A stretch of DNA of 64,000 bases from Candidatus Niyogibacteria bacterium (lineage in GTDB: Bacteria; Patescibacteriota; Minisyncoccia; HO2-45-28), in contig CP066691.1 of assembly GCA_016432485.1 (NCBI GenBank), forward strand, positions 217,294-281,293, given 5' to 3'. Each line of letters begins with the position of its first letter. The first letter of the stretch is position 1. Both the position numbers and the translations under genes were made by a program. Below are positions 18,678 to 28,153 of this stretch, in pieces. The notes beneath the pieces are model-generated. The model was not told the origin of the DNA and searched no databases. It saw nothing but the letters and a program-made list of their open reading frames with translations.

Positions 18678-21545
18678 TTATGCCGGATTCGGCAAATATG
18701 CCTTCCAGTCAAACGATCTTGGATTATCCTCCACAAAATCCTTAATCACATCGTAAGGCAAAATCCTCAAAAGAATCGGCCCGCTATCCGGACCGTCTGC
18801 CGGCAAACCAACAAACGAAACGCCTGTGCTATTCGGCGGAAATCCATGCTCGCCATAGTTGTCGGTGTGGACGCCTGCCGGACACATATGATAGATGCAA
18901 TAAGATGTAATCACCAAACCGACAAAGTGCTTATCGCCGCAGTCGTTTTGGACTACTCTCCCGTTAAAAATTCGCGAGTAGTTTCCGCGAAGCGGGTCGT
19001 TGCGAACAGCGCCAAGCAAAGTGTCGCCCCACCCAGCCATTCTTGTCGGGGTCGAACGCATCACAGAACCGTATTCATACCCGTGCTTTACACGAATGGT
19101 TCCCCAACCGATGGATTGACCGCCGTAAAGCGGAGCAACCACGGCTTTTTCAAGAAATTGCTGGCGCTTTTTGAAATCAGAAATTTGTCCCAGGAAAGCG
19201 CGAAGATATTTAGCATAAAAAGGACCTTCAATAATTTCACCATTAACGGTGTGCGCGAGATGGTTGCCGGAGCCGAAATTAATAATACCAATATTTCTGG
19301 TATCAAAGCCGCCGAACTTTTCATTCACAAACTCGCCCACTCCGCGGACAATCAAGCCGGCCTTCTCAGCCCGACGCAGAATAGCCGCGAACACATCAAC
19401 ATACGATTCAACGTGTCTTTCTATCATCTGAAACATCTGGTCAAGAGGAAAATCCGAACCACGCTTCTCAATTTGGTATTTATAAAAATCGTCAATCGAA
19501 TTAAGAATTCTTCGCACTTCTCCCGCGTCAGAGGCCCGTTCTGCCTGAAGACGCATATTGTGCACATACTGCTCTATTTTGTGAGGCGGAAGCTGGTGCG
19601 GGTGCGGTTCCACCCTCGCGTTGAAATTCTGCCCTTGAACCGGGTCATCGGGAACAGAGAAGGTATGAACCGGCATGGAAAGATTTTTGGTCAAACCGGC
19701 TTTTCTCATCATCTGAAATACGGCCTCAACCATTCCAAGACGCTCGCCCGTGTCTTTGCAACTTACCATCTCTTTGGAGCGCCCGCCCCAGTGCGGGTCA
19801 GAGCCATACATTCTCCAAATGTATTTGGGGCCAACCGAATAAAATTCTTTTTCTTTCTTTCGTCCGGCTCTTACTTTCTTGTACTTATCTTCCTCAAACG
19901 ACTCTAGCGCTTCCAAAGGAATAATATCGCCCTCAACCAAGCCGTTTACGCAATTGAGGCGCAAAACACCGGTTCGGGCTTGTTCGCTGTGCGCCATCTT
20001 GGCTACATTGTGTACCTTGCGGACCGTATGCTCCATTGAACGGCGGATGCAAGCGTCATCAACACAGATAGGCGCTACAAAGACCTTGCTTGAGCCGCGC
20101 TTGCCGTCTTTGTCAACTTGCCGCTCGGTCATACGCGGATTTAGCGAATACGGATGGCAGATTACCACGGTTTTTGCCATATCTTCGCGCAAAACCTTGG
20201 GGCCGTATTGTTTGCAGTAATTGGCAAGTAAAGTGTCGGTAACTCTGTCGTGCTCTGGTATGTTGATTTCAATTGTCCCTGAATTTCCAATGCTTATGTA
20301 AGTCGTCCCCATTCCAATGACTTTGGAATTTGGAATCGCGCGCTCAATTTTGTTAACCACAAGCGACTTGGCATAATCAACAAATCTATGCCCCTCTTGG
20401 GTCGCGACTTGAGTGACTGTCGTTAACGCGAGTTCTTTTTGGGTAATCAGAAGTTCTGTTTCCAGTTTGTTGGCATGTTTAAAATTTCTTGCTTTGTCCG
20501 CCTTTTTTATTCCGCTTTTTATAGTTGAGATCTCACTCCTCAGCTCGTCCTGCCTTTGCTTAGTCTGAAAGTTAATTTCCCAATATGCTATCGTCTTAAT
20601 CAGATCTTCCTCGTTTATTCCCAAAACAACATGTATCGGTCTGTCATACTCCAGTCTTTTGTCCGGCTTTGTAAAAATTTTTTTCCAGCCGGCGAGCAGG
20701 TCATCAAGAAGATCTTCGGCTGTGCGATAAATTATTTTATCCATGGGGCTGTTTGCGAGAATTTCTTTTACCCGCTCTCTGTACGAGGGGGACGCGAAAA
20801 CATCCGGATTTATGTTGTCGCCCAAGGCAAGCATCCGGCCAAGCTTTTGCGGTCCGCCCGCTTTTTTCAGATCCATCACCAAAATATTTGTAAGTATGAT
20901 TGTGTCATCACCCCTGAAGTCCGCGTCCGAAAGAGCTCTGCGCACGGGGTTGCCAACAATATCCGACTCCGGATAAAGCACGCCGATGTTTGACCCGTTA
21001 AGACACATTATATGCCAGTTGGTGCGGTTATTTTCAGAGGGGATGTTCACGGGTTTTTTGCATGAAGAGCGGGGTATTTTTATTTTTTTCAGCTCAGTCA
21101 AACTTACATCGGCTCTAATCCTGAAAATACCGGTTTGATTTTGGCGAGCCTCGCGATAGGCACTGCTTATTCCCTTGTGCCACCTCTCGCGCGCTTTCAC
21201 CATCTCCATCGGAATATTGGGAAACGAAGAATAAAAGGTCTCAAGACCAATCCTCTCGCGCACAACTCTGCGCAGGGCTTTGTCTACATCGCTTGTCCAG
21301 ATAAATTTGTCTAACTTGCACGCAAACTTCTTTTTGGAAAAATCATAACCCAGAGCGCCAAAGGATTCGGCAAACTCTTTTTGAATCAGTTCACAAAGTT
21401 CATCCGCGCCTATTTTTTTGAGAGTTCCGTCTTTGATCAGTTCGGACATTCTTTTTCCAATTTTATCCCACAAATCTTTTACAGGATTTTTCGTGCTTTT
21501 TTGGTCGGACACCTCATTTCTCCTTTTTTGTTTGTCAACGAACAA
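18678..21545 (-). CDS. Large hypothetical protein (955 aa), convergent with the 220-aa gene. No transmembrane segment and no recognisable ATPase P-loop
   Basis: Long uninterrupted ORF with host-like codon usage; weak local resemblance (FVNEKFGG, HPHQ) to glycoside-hydrolase-57-like regions, not enough for a call. Confidence 0.6.
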   Translation of the reverse strand: MFVDKQKRRNEVSDQKSTKNPVKDLWDKIGKRMSELIKDGTLKKIGADELCELIQKEFAESFGALGYDFSKKKFACKLDKFIWTSDVDKALRRVVRERIGLETFYSSFPNIPMEMVKARERWHKGISSAYREARQNQTGIFRIRADVSLTELKKIKIPRSSCKKPVNIPSENNRTNWHIMCLNGSNIGVLYPESDIVGNPVRRALSDADFRGDDTIILTNILVMDLKKAGGPQKLGRMLALGDNINPDVFASPSYRERVKEILANSPMDKIIYRTAEDLLDDLLAGWKKIFTKPDKRLEYDRPIHVVLGINEEDLIKTIAYWEINFQTKQRQDELRSEISTIKSGIKKADKARNFKHANKLETELLITQKELALTTVTQVATQEGHRFVDYAKSLVVNKIERAIPNSKVIGMGTTYISIGNSGTIEINIPEHDRVTDTLLANYCKQYGPKVLREDMAKTVVICHPYSLNPRMTERQVDKDGKRGSSKVFVAPICVDDACIRRSMEHTVRKVHNVAKMAHSEQARTGVLRLNCVNGLVEGDIIPLEALESFEEDKYKKVRAGRKKEKEFYSVGPKYIWRMYGSDPHWGGRSKEMVSCKDTGERLGMVEAVFQMMRKAGLTKNLSMPVHTFSVPDDPVQGQNFNARVEPHPHQLPPHKIEQYVHNMRLQAERASDAGEVRRILNSIDDFYKYQIEKRGSDFPLDQMFQMIERHVESYVDVFAAILRRAEKAGLIVRGVGEFVNEKFGGFDTRNIGIINFGSGNHLAHTVNGEIIEGPFYAKYLRAFLGQISDFKKRQQFLEKAVVAPLYGGQSIGWGTIRVKHGYEYGSVMRSTPTRMAGWGDTLLGAVRNDPLRGNYSRIFNGRVVQNDCGDKHFVGLVITSYCIYHMCPAGVHTDNYGEHGFPPNSTGVSFVGLPADGPDSGPILLRILPYDVIKDFVEDNPRSFDWKAYLPNPA

Positions 21546-21637
21546 ATCAAATCTGGCTTAATTATAAAACTCCCCGGCAAAAAAATAAAATAAAATAAAA
21601 CCAGCCACGCCGAAAGCGCGGCTGTCAAGACCCGATT

Positions 21638-23077
21638 TTAATTCCTTGCTTGGCCTTCCTTGAAAGAGGCCTGGGTTATTTTTATGAATTCGGCGTTCCT
21701 GCGAAATTCTTTAAGATTTTTGGCGCCCAAATAACTCATTGACGAACGAAGCCCGCCGATTAAGTCGCCGACAACATTTTTGGCAGAGCCGCTGTAAGCC
21801 ACGCGGCCGGCCTTGCCTTCGGGCAAGCGCGAAAAACCGCCTGCCTCAAGCGCGGTCAAGGGGTCAATTCCGTCTAATTTATTTTTGTCCTCCGCCGCAT
21901 CGCGCGAGGCCATTCCGCGAAAAAGCTTAAACGACTGCCCGTCTTCCATAATATATTCTCCGGGCGCTTCGTCGGTGCCGGCAAAAAGCGAACCGGCCAT
22001 CACGGTATCCGCGCCGGCGGCCAAGGCCTTGGAAAAGTCCCCTGAATTTTTTACTCCGCCATCGGCAATGACAGGAATGCCGAATTTTGAAGCGGACCCA
22101 ACGCAATTTAGCACGGCCGTTAGCTGCGGAACGCCCACTCCCGTAACCACCCTTGTGGTGCAAGCCGCTCCCGGTCCAATGCCTACTTTGACCGCGTCGG
22201 CTCCGGCTTTAATCAAATCAAGGACGCCTTCCGGAGTGGCCACATTTCCGGCGACAACTTCAATACCTGCGAATTTTTTCTTTAAAATTTTCACCATTTC
22301 AAGGGCTCTTATGTTATGGCCGTGAGCAATGTCAACGACTATGGCGTCCGCTCCGGCTTCTAAGAGAGCTTTGGCGCGCTCTAGCGCGTCATCTTTAACG
22401 CCGATTGCGGCCGCCACCAAAAGCCGGCCCTTTTTGTCTTTTGACGCAAACGGATTCCGACTCTTTTTTAAAATATCTTTCAGAGTAATAAGTCCCTTAA
22501 CAACGCCGCTTTTTGAAACAATCGGCAGTTTCTCAATTCTATATTTATGCAAAATTTCTTTCGCTTTTGCCGGCGAAACCCCGACAGGAGCCGAAACAAC
22601 TTTTTTGGTCATAATTTCGCTTACTTTTTTGCCGTTTTCCCCCTCAAATAAAAGATCGCGCGAAGTTAAAATGCCGACTAATTTTTTCTTGTCATCCGCC
22701 ACTAAAAGGCCCGAAACGCCGGCCTTAGCCATTAGATCCCGGGCCTCGGCAATAGATTGATGCGGAAAAATCGTATAGGGGTCGTCTATGACGACATTTT
22801 CCGCTCTTTTAACTTTTTTAACTTCCTCAACTTCTCTTTCAACCGTCAAAAAGCGGTGAATTATTCCGATGCCTCCGACCTCGGCGAGAAACCTGGCCAT
22901 CCTGGATTCGGTCACGGTATCCATATTCGCCGAAACCAAGGGCAGAGAAAGTTCTATGTTTTTTGAAAAATTAGCTTTTAAAGAAACATCGCGACGCGAA
23001 AAGACCCGAGATTTCTTCGGGACCAATAAAACATCGTCAAAAGTTAGGCCCTCTGCCAAATTTTTATGAGTGCTCAT
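21638..23077 (-). CDS. guaB: Inosine-5'-monophosphate dehydrogenase with a CBS pair
   Basis: [10 protein letters not shown]..., [11 protein letters not shown] catalytic loop; start taken at [10 protein letters not shown]; the ORF track extends to 23128. Confidence 0.9.
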   Translation of the reverse strand: MSTHKNLAEGLTFDDVLLVPKKSRVFSRRDVSLKANFSKNIELSLPLVSANMDTVTESRMARFLAEVGGIGIIHRFLTVEREVEEVKKVKRAENVVIDDPYTIFPHQSIAEARDLMAKAGVSGLLVADDKKKLVGILTSRDLLFEGENGKKVSEIMTKKVVSAPVGVSPAKAKEILHKYRIEKLPIVSKSGVVKGLITLKDILKKSRNPFASKDKKGRLLVAAAIGVKDDALERAKALLEAGADAIVVDIAHGHNIRALEMVKILKKKFAGIEVVAGNVATPEGVLDLIKAGADAVKVGIGPGAACTTRVVTGVGVPQLTAVLNCVGSASKFGIPVIADGGVKNSGDFSKALAAGADTVMAGSLFAGTDEAPGEYIMEDGQSFKLFRGMASRDAAEDKNKLDGIDPLTALEAGGFSRLPEGKAGRVAYSGSAKNVVGDLIGGLRSSMSYLGAKNLKEFRRNAEFIKITQASFKEGQARN

Positions 23078-23169
23078 GAAATAAAAATTTATTAAAATTT
23101 GAAAACCCCGCCGGGCGGGGTTTTTCATATCCTCTTATGATTATACTCTTAAAGAACAACGGCGCAAAC

Positions 23170-25047
23170 TCACTTGTGCATATCTTCTATTAATTTAATC
23201 GTCGGAGAATCGTCCCACAGAAGCATGCTTTCTTTTACCGGCAATTCCAGAATTTCTATATTCATATCCTTGGCTCCCTCAATTGCCAGCCGAATTCTTA
23301 ACCCTGTCTGATTATGCAAAAACCTGTGCCAGAACTTTTTGGGAATAAACTCCGGTATTAACACCATGACCGAATCGTCCCGCCACAGGTCTTCAATGCT
23401 TTTAAGAAAACCAAGCACGGGCGAAATCAAGTCCCGATATTCAGAGATAAAAACGGTAAGCTTTATGTCCGGAAAACTCTTCTCCCATTCTTGTCTTATT
23501 TTTTCAGCGCCTTCATTATCAATTGCTACATGAAACGCCATAAGACTGACCGGCCGTAATGATTTTGCGTGTTGTATGGCGTATGAAGAAATGCCAACAT
23601 TGGAAACCAGAACTACTATGGTTTTTTTAGACGCGATCCTCGGTATGGCGGTATTATCCAAAGAAAAAATAGCTTCAACTCTCGCGTAATGGCGCTTCAC
23701 CTTCGTCATAAAAAAGATGATTGAGGCGATAGCGGGAATGAGAAACCAGGCGCCGTGTATAAACTTGGTGGAAAGCACAATCAGAAAAACAATCGTGGTC
23801 GCAAAACAACCTAAAGCGTTGATGGCTATATTTCTTTTGTGCCCGCCGATTCTCTTCCAGTGCCTAATCATGCCGAACTGCGACAGCGAAAAACCGAGAA
23901 AAACGCCCACGGCGTAAAGCGGTATAAGCGCGTGGACCCTGCCGCCGAAAACGAACAAAAGAAATGCCGACATAACAGCTAAAACTATGATGCCGTTGGC
24001 AAAAACCAGACGGGAGCCGAGGTTCAAAAACTGCTGGGGAAAATATCCGTCTCGCGCCAACTGCGAAGCCACTCTCGGAAAATCGGCAAACGGCGTATTG
24101 GCCGCCAAAAACAAAATTGAAAGAGTAGATGCCTGAATTATAAAGTAAGGAGCTGTCTTGCCGAAAAGCGCCCGCGCTATCTGGGATACAACCGTTTCCC
24201 CTTCCATTGGCTGAACATGCGCCCAGGATGCGAGAAAAGTAATCCCAAGAAATATACTTCCAAGAATCAAACCCATTCGCAGCATTGTTTTTTGCGCGTT
24301 TTCTCCTTCCGGCGGCTTAAACGCCTGCACGCCGTTGGAAGTCGCCTCAATTCCGGTAAGAGCCGTGCAACCCGAAGCAAAAGCGCGAAGTATAAGAAAT
24401 ATGCCGATAGCGTTGATCATCTGGGGCTGGACCGATTCGCCGTATGAAATAACCGGAAATGTTCCCGCCGCATAGCGCCAAAAGCCATAGCCAATCATTC
24501 CCAAAAAAACAACAATAAAAGCATAGGTTGGCAAAGAAAACATTCTGCCCGATTCTCTGGTGCCTCGTAAATTACCCCAAGCCAGAAAAATGATTATTGC
24601 TATACCGATAACTACGCGATACGGCAAAAATTCCTCAAACGCGGAAGTCAATGCCGCGACTGCCGCGGTAACAGAAACCGCGACAGTTAAAATGTAGTCC
24701 ACCATAAGTGATGCGGCTCCCAGCAGCGCCGGAAATTCTCCCAAATTTTTTTTGGCAACATTATAAACGCCCCCTCCTTGAGGGTAGGCCTTGATAACCT
24801 GCCTATAGGATATAACGACGATCAAAATCAGGCATACAATCGCGAGAGCCATTGGTATTGAAATGTAAGACGCGGCGGTACCCACGGCCGCTAAAACCAG
24901 CAGAATTTCTTCAGTCGCGTACGTGGTTGAAGAAATCGGGTCTGCGCTGAATATGGCCAGTCCCTGCGGATTGGTCAATCGTTCATGCGATATCGCTTTA
25001 GTGGACAGGGGGTCTTTAAGAATCGCCCGTTTTATCTTTGACCACAT
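23170..25047 (-). CDS. APC-superfamily permease with a ~180 aa cytoplasmic C-terminal domain
   Basis: About 12 predicted TM helices; start at MWSKIKRAILKD with RBS AAGGGGA; the ORF track extends to 25149. Confidence 0.7.
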   Translation of the reverse strand: MWSKIKRAILKDPLSTKAISHERLTNPQGLAIFSADPISSTTYATEEILLVLAAVGTAASYISIPMALAIVCLILIVVISYRQVIKAYPQGGGVYNVAKKNLGEFPALLGAASLMVDYILTVAVSVTAAVAALTSAFEEFLPYRVVIGIAIIIFLAWGNLRGTRESGRMFSLPTYAFIVVFLGMIGYGFWRYAAGTFPVISYGESVQPQMINAIGIFLILRAFASGCTALTGIEATSNGVQAFKPPEGENAQKTMLRMGLILGSIFLGITFLASWAHVQPMEGETVVSQIARALFGKTAPYFIIQASTLSILFLAANTPFADFPRVASQLARDGYFPQQFLNLGSRLVFANGIIVLAVMSAFLLFVFGGRVHALIPLYAVGVFLGFSLSQFGMIRHWKRIGGHKRNIAINALGCFATTIVFLIVLSTKFIHGAWFLIPAIASIIFFMTKVKRHYARVEAIFSLDNTAIPRIASKKTIVVLVSNVGISSYAIQHAKSLRPVSLMAFHVAIDNEGAEKIRQEWEKSFPDIKLTVFISEYRDLISPVLGFLKSIEDLWRDDSVMVLIPEFIPKKFWHRFLHNQTGLRIRLAIEGAKDMNIEILELPVKESMLLWDDSPTIKLIEDMHK

Positions 25048-25163
25048 TTGAGTCCCCTTTTTATCTTCATCAAGGATCAAAACTTCTTGATGGAGTATAG
25101 CAAATTTATGCCAAAAGAAAAGACGGAGAACATTCTCCGTCTTTATCAAAATTGAAGCCGCAA

Positions 25164-25853
25164 CTAAAACCGGGGGGATCTAAAATTTTCCAGAACATCC
25201 CACGCTTCAAGCATAATCAAAAGTTCTTTAAAATCGCGCGCGTTATAATCTGGCATTTCTGCTAAAACCAAATCTTCGGGAATATTTCCGTTGAGAAACG
25301 CGACCGCGCGCACGCCGGCTCTCTTGGCATGCATCATATCCGAAGGAGAATCGCCGACATAAAAACAATTCCCGGCCTCAGCTCTTTCGCGAAGCATTAG
25401 ACGCTTAATGGCCGCGAACTTATCGCCCGCTCCGAATTCCAGATGGTCAAAAGCGTTTTGGATTTCAAATTTCTCAAGCAAATTCATCGCGGTCTCGCGG
25501 CCACAGGCCGTAACCAAAACAATAATAAATCCCTTCCTGGGCAGAGTGAAAAGAAGGTCGTAGGCGCCGGGAGCTAAACTGAAATCATTTCTATGCGCTT
25601 CATAAACGCTGTCAAAAATTTTATGAATTTCTTCAGAAGTAATTTTAATCCCGAAAGCGCGATAAGTATCTACCACGGGGCCTCTATATTTTTTAAAGAA
25701 TTCTTCCGTTGTCGGCGGCTCTTTGCCGAATATCCTAAACAACACATCCGTAGCCAAACGCCATATTTTAAAATCGTTAAGCAGAGTGTTATTCAAATCC
25801 AACATTAAGATTTTTTTGTCCCGACCTTGCTCTTCAAAAATTCTTCGCCTCAT
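25164..25853 (-). CDS. HAD-superfamily hydrolase (phosphatase-like)
   Basis: Motif I LMLDLNNTL (DxN-type), motif IV YVGDSPSDMMHAKRAG. Confidence 0.75.
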   Translation of the reverse strand: MRRRIFEEQGRDKKILMLDLNNTLLNDFKIWRLATDVLFRIFGKEPPTTEEFFKKYRGPVVDTYRAFGIKITSEEIHKIFDSVYEAHRNDFSLAPGAYDLLFTLPRKGFIIVLVTACGRETAMNLLEKFEIQNAFDHLEFGAGDKFAAIKRLMLRERAEAGNCFYVGDSPSDMMHAKRAGVRAVAFLNGNIPEDLVLAEMPDYNARDFKELLIMLEAWDVLENFRSPRF

Positions 25854-26350
25854 TCCGACCTCCCGGAGAAACGCTCAATTCCACGGATGCTGAAAATCTC
25901 CTGCAAAATATATTTTCTGCAAAAAAGCCGGATTATTTCTTTCCTTAACTCATCGTAGGCCTCCGGATATTTTCTTTCGTCTCCCTTATAAGCCAAACCG
26001 GGAGATAAAAGTTTTGCTATTTCATCAGTATAGTCAAGTGTTTCGGCCGCAAGCGCTTTTTCAATACATTCGCTACCCGAAACACCCAATTCCTTGCTAA
26101 GTTCAAACAGGGCTTTCAACTTATCCCACAATACATCAAGAGCGCCTTCAATAGCAGATTCAACATGGGACTCCGGCTCATCCCGAAACGATTCAAAAAC
26201 ACTTAAATTCTCCCGCGCAAGCTCAAACATCTCAATTGCCTCTAGCCGGCACCCTTTAGGATCTCCCCGCGTAACCTCTTGTGTCAAAATACACTCTTCA
26301 AGCAAAAACCATTCAAGATTTTTTAATTCTTGATCGGCAGACACCGGCAT
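25850..26350 (-). CDS. Hypothetical acidic protein (166 aa), translationally coupled (ATGA overlap) to the HAD hydrolase
   Basis: ORF and overlap only. Confidence 0.5.
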   Translation of the reverse strand: MPVSADQELKNLEWFLLEECILTQEVTRGDPKGCRLEAIEMFELARENLSVFESFRDEPESHVESAIEGALDVLWDKLKALFELSKELGVSGSECIEKALAAETLDYTDEIAKLLSPGLAYKGDERKYPEAYDELRKEIIRLFCRKYILQEIFSIRGIERFSGRSE

Positions 26351-26504
26351 GGAGCGTCTCCCTAATGTCTTTGCAATATTCCAATTCTGACCTTAACATA
26401 AATAATCGCTCCGTAAAAGCGGGCGTTTTTGGGCGAAAAATTTTGGCGGGATATATTTGAAAATGATTAGAAAATTTACTGGTTTAGCGGCAAATTTTCT
26501 TTCT

Positions 26505-26545
26505 GGAAATAAAAGGAGGGGCGCAGCTAAGTGCTGCACCCCTCG
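26505..26545 (-). terminator. Rho-independent terminator of GC-rich cassette A
   Basis: Minus-strand reading GGGGTGCAGCACTTAGCTGCGCCCC then TCCTTTTATTT. Confidence 0.7.
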
Positions 26546-26552
26546 TGGACCG

Positions 26553-27146
26553 CTAGACGCGGCGCTTATTGAGGATTCTGCGGATTTTTTCCCTCGCCGT
26601 CGCCTTGGCACAGAACGGCCAGCCGTTCTTGAGCTCAAGGCAGAGCTCATCCAGATCAACCTTCAGGCCCTCGAGATTTCTGGTGCCTGACTGCATCCGC
26701 CCGAGTTCCGCCTCGAGCTCGGCGCGGGACATACCGCCTTGCTGTCCTTCGTAGCTCTGTTCGGGACGGATGGAGCCGACCCTGATCTTGCGGTAAAGCT
26801 CGAGCAAATCCTCCATCCTCTTCGCTCTGATGCGGATCATCCTGCCGCCACCGCTCTTGTCAACCTCCGCTTCTGCCGACTTGTGACGGTAGATGCCAAT
26901 TTCTCGTTGGGTATCCGCGTATTCGTGAAGCGAGACCTCATCAACGATGTCCGTTACTGCCTCAGGAATCGGGTCGGTCAGTTTGCCGAGGGAGATATAC
27001 CAACGCCCCTTGTCACGTAAGAGCTTGACGCCGGAAATCTCGTGCTCGTCCCACTCCTGAGGCGGTTTCCCACCCCACCTCTTCCTGGTTGTGAAGCCCT
27101 CGAGCTCCTGAACTTTGTTGCCCTTCAAGTACACGTTGACCGACAT
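26553..27146 (-). CDS. Hypothetical protein (197 aa), conspicuously GC-rich (about 55-60% by eye, against roughly 40-45% around it) with high-GC codon usage. Likely foreign
   Basis: Start MSVNVYLKGNKV with RBS AGAGGAG; the ORF track's upstream extension is rejected; own consensus promoter and terminator. Confidence 0.6.
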   Translation of the reverse strand: MSVNVYLKGNKVQELEGFTTRKRWGGKPPQEWDEHEISGVKLLRDKGRWYISLGKLTDPIPEAVTDIVDEVSLHEYADTQREIGIYRHKSAEAEVDKSGGGRMIRIRAKRMEDLLELYRKIRVGSIRPEQSYEGQQGGMSRAELEAELGRMQSGTRNLEGLKVDLDELCLELKNGWPFCAKATAREKIRRILNKRRV

Positions 27147-27261
27147 GATGCTTCTCCTCTCTTTGTGTCGCCAGGATTTCGTCAGGCTTTCTGGGCCTAT
27201 CCGTTCCGTGGTCGACTGGTTGGAATACAGTCCCACTGGACTATCCAATGAAACTATCAAA

Positions 27262-27290
27262 AGTATAGCATAGTGCAACTATTCTGTCAA
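27262..27290 (-). promoter_or_regulatory. Consensus sigma70 promoter on the minus strand: TTGACA-N17-TGcTATACT, driving cassette A
   Basis: fwd tgtcaa 27285-27290 and agtata 27262-27267, spacer 17, extended -10 TG. Confidence 0.7.
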
Positions 27291-27398
27291 GTTCGTTGGC
27301 AATAAGAAACACCTTTGTTGCAAGCTATTTTTGACCCTAACTCTTATGAAAAAAATTCTTTTGCCCTTATTGATAAATCCTTTTTGGCAGGGATGCAA

Positions 27399-27430
27399 GG
27401 AATCGCCCCGCAGCTGCGGGGTTGGAGATC
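27399..27430. repeat. 30-nt hairpin repeat copy 1 (ggaatcgCCCCGCAGCTGCGGGGttggaga), directly abutting the 3' end of tRNA-Trp
   Basis: Perfect 16-bp palindrome CCCCGCAGCTGCGGGG; second copy at 27530-27560. Confidence 0.85.
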
Positions 27431-27432
27431 TT

Positions 27433-27505
27433 TGCGGGAGCTGAGGGAATCGGACCCCCGACCGCGGTTTTGGAGACCGCCGTTATACCACTTAACTAAG
27501 CTCCC
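27433..27505 (-). tRNA. tRNA-Trp (anticodon CCA), discriminator G
   Basis: Hand-folded cloverleaf: GGGAGCT-TA-GTTA-AGTGGTA-TAAC-G-GCGGT-CTCCAAA-ACCGC-GGTC-GGGGG-TCCGATT-CCCTC-AGCTCCC-G. Confidence 0.85.
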
Positions 27506-27529
27506 TTAAAATTTTTAATCAACTTTATG

Positions 27530-27590
27530 GAATCGCCTCGCAGCTGCGGGGTTGGAGACCGACGTTCTGCCATTGAACCACACCCCCCCT
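27530..27590 (-). pseudogene. Truncated tRNA-like 5' half (acceptor stem, D arm and start of the anticodon stem, ending CTCCAA), fused at the anticodon loop to copy 2 of the 30-nt hairpin repeat
   Basis: Minus-strand reading GGGGGGTGTGGTTCAATGGCAGAACGTCGG then TCTCCAACCCCGCAGCTGCGAGGCGATTCC; no matching 3' acceptor strand anywhere nearby. Confidence 0.6.
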
Positions 27591-28033
27591 TGCGAAAAAA
27601 TAAGATTAAGCCGTTATTTTGGCTTCTTTGTGCAAAGTATGCTTTTTGCACCATTTGCGTCGCGGCTCGCTCACCTCAAGGGATTCGCTCGCGCTCCCCA
27701 GACACCTCTCGGTTTCTGGCGCTCGCTCCGCTCGCTGTTTTCCTACACGGGGAAAACTACAGTTTTCCCCGACCCCCTTTCGGGCAAATGGCACAAGGAA
27801 ACTCCTCATATAATAAATATATCAAAAATCAAGCAGTGATTTTAGATTCCTTATGAAGCGTATGTTTCTTGCACCATTTGCAATACTTTTTGAGCTCAAT
27901 TTTTCGCTCAACTTTTTTCTTGTTTTTGGTGCTGTAATAGTTCCCCCGTTTGCAAACGGAGCATTTTAGTTTGAATAAGTTCGGTTGCGGCATAATGTCT
28001 TATTTTAACAAAAAATAATAAAAAATCAACTTG

Positions 28034-28105
28034 AGCCGGAGGGGAGAATCGAACTCCCGACCTCATTCTTACCAAGAATGCGTTCTGCCACTGAACTACT
28101 CCGGC
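28034..28105 (-). tRNA. tRNA-Thr (anticodon GGT)
   Basis: GCCGGAG-TA-GTTC-AGTGGCA-GAAC-G-CATTC-TTGGTAA-GAATG-AGGTC-GGGAG-TTCGATT-CTCCC-CTCCGGC-T. Confidence 0.85.
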
Positions 28106-28124
28106 CTTTTCCCACTTTACAATA

Positions 28125-28152
28125 AAAAACGGGCGAATCAAAGATTCGCCCT
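28125..28152 (-). terminator. Rho-independent terminator (GGGCGAATC-tttg-GATTCGCCC plus a T-run) after the secreted-protein gene
   Basis: 9-bp perfect stem followed by TTTTTTATT on the minus strand. Confidence 0.75.
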
Positions 28153-28153
28153 A

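Noticed and set aside
18588-19907. 439-aa plus-strand ORF
   Set aside because: It lies antisense inside the 955-aa minus-strand gene and has low-complexity, stop-avoiding composition. It is a shadow ORF.
21927-22760. ORFs antisense to guaB (78-170 aa, Arg/Ala/Ser-rich)
   Set aside because: They show the typical reverse-frame composition of a GC-rich stretch of the IMPDH gene and have no RBS.
27527-27856. Overlapping ORFs of 64-109 aa on both strands in the tRNA-Trp/Thr spacer
   Set aside because: They overlap one another in different frames, have no RBS, run through tRNA and repeat sequence, and have biased, repetitive composition (CGCTCGCT).
27600-28033. RNase P RNA, tmRNA or SRP RNA in the tRNA spacer
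   Set aside because: None of the universally conserved strings was found by eye: the P4 GGAAAGTCCGG/ACAGAA motif, the tmRNA tRNA-like ends with a tag reading frame, or the SRP GGAA/AGCAGCC motif. Only a generic ncRNA possibility is retained.
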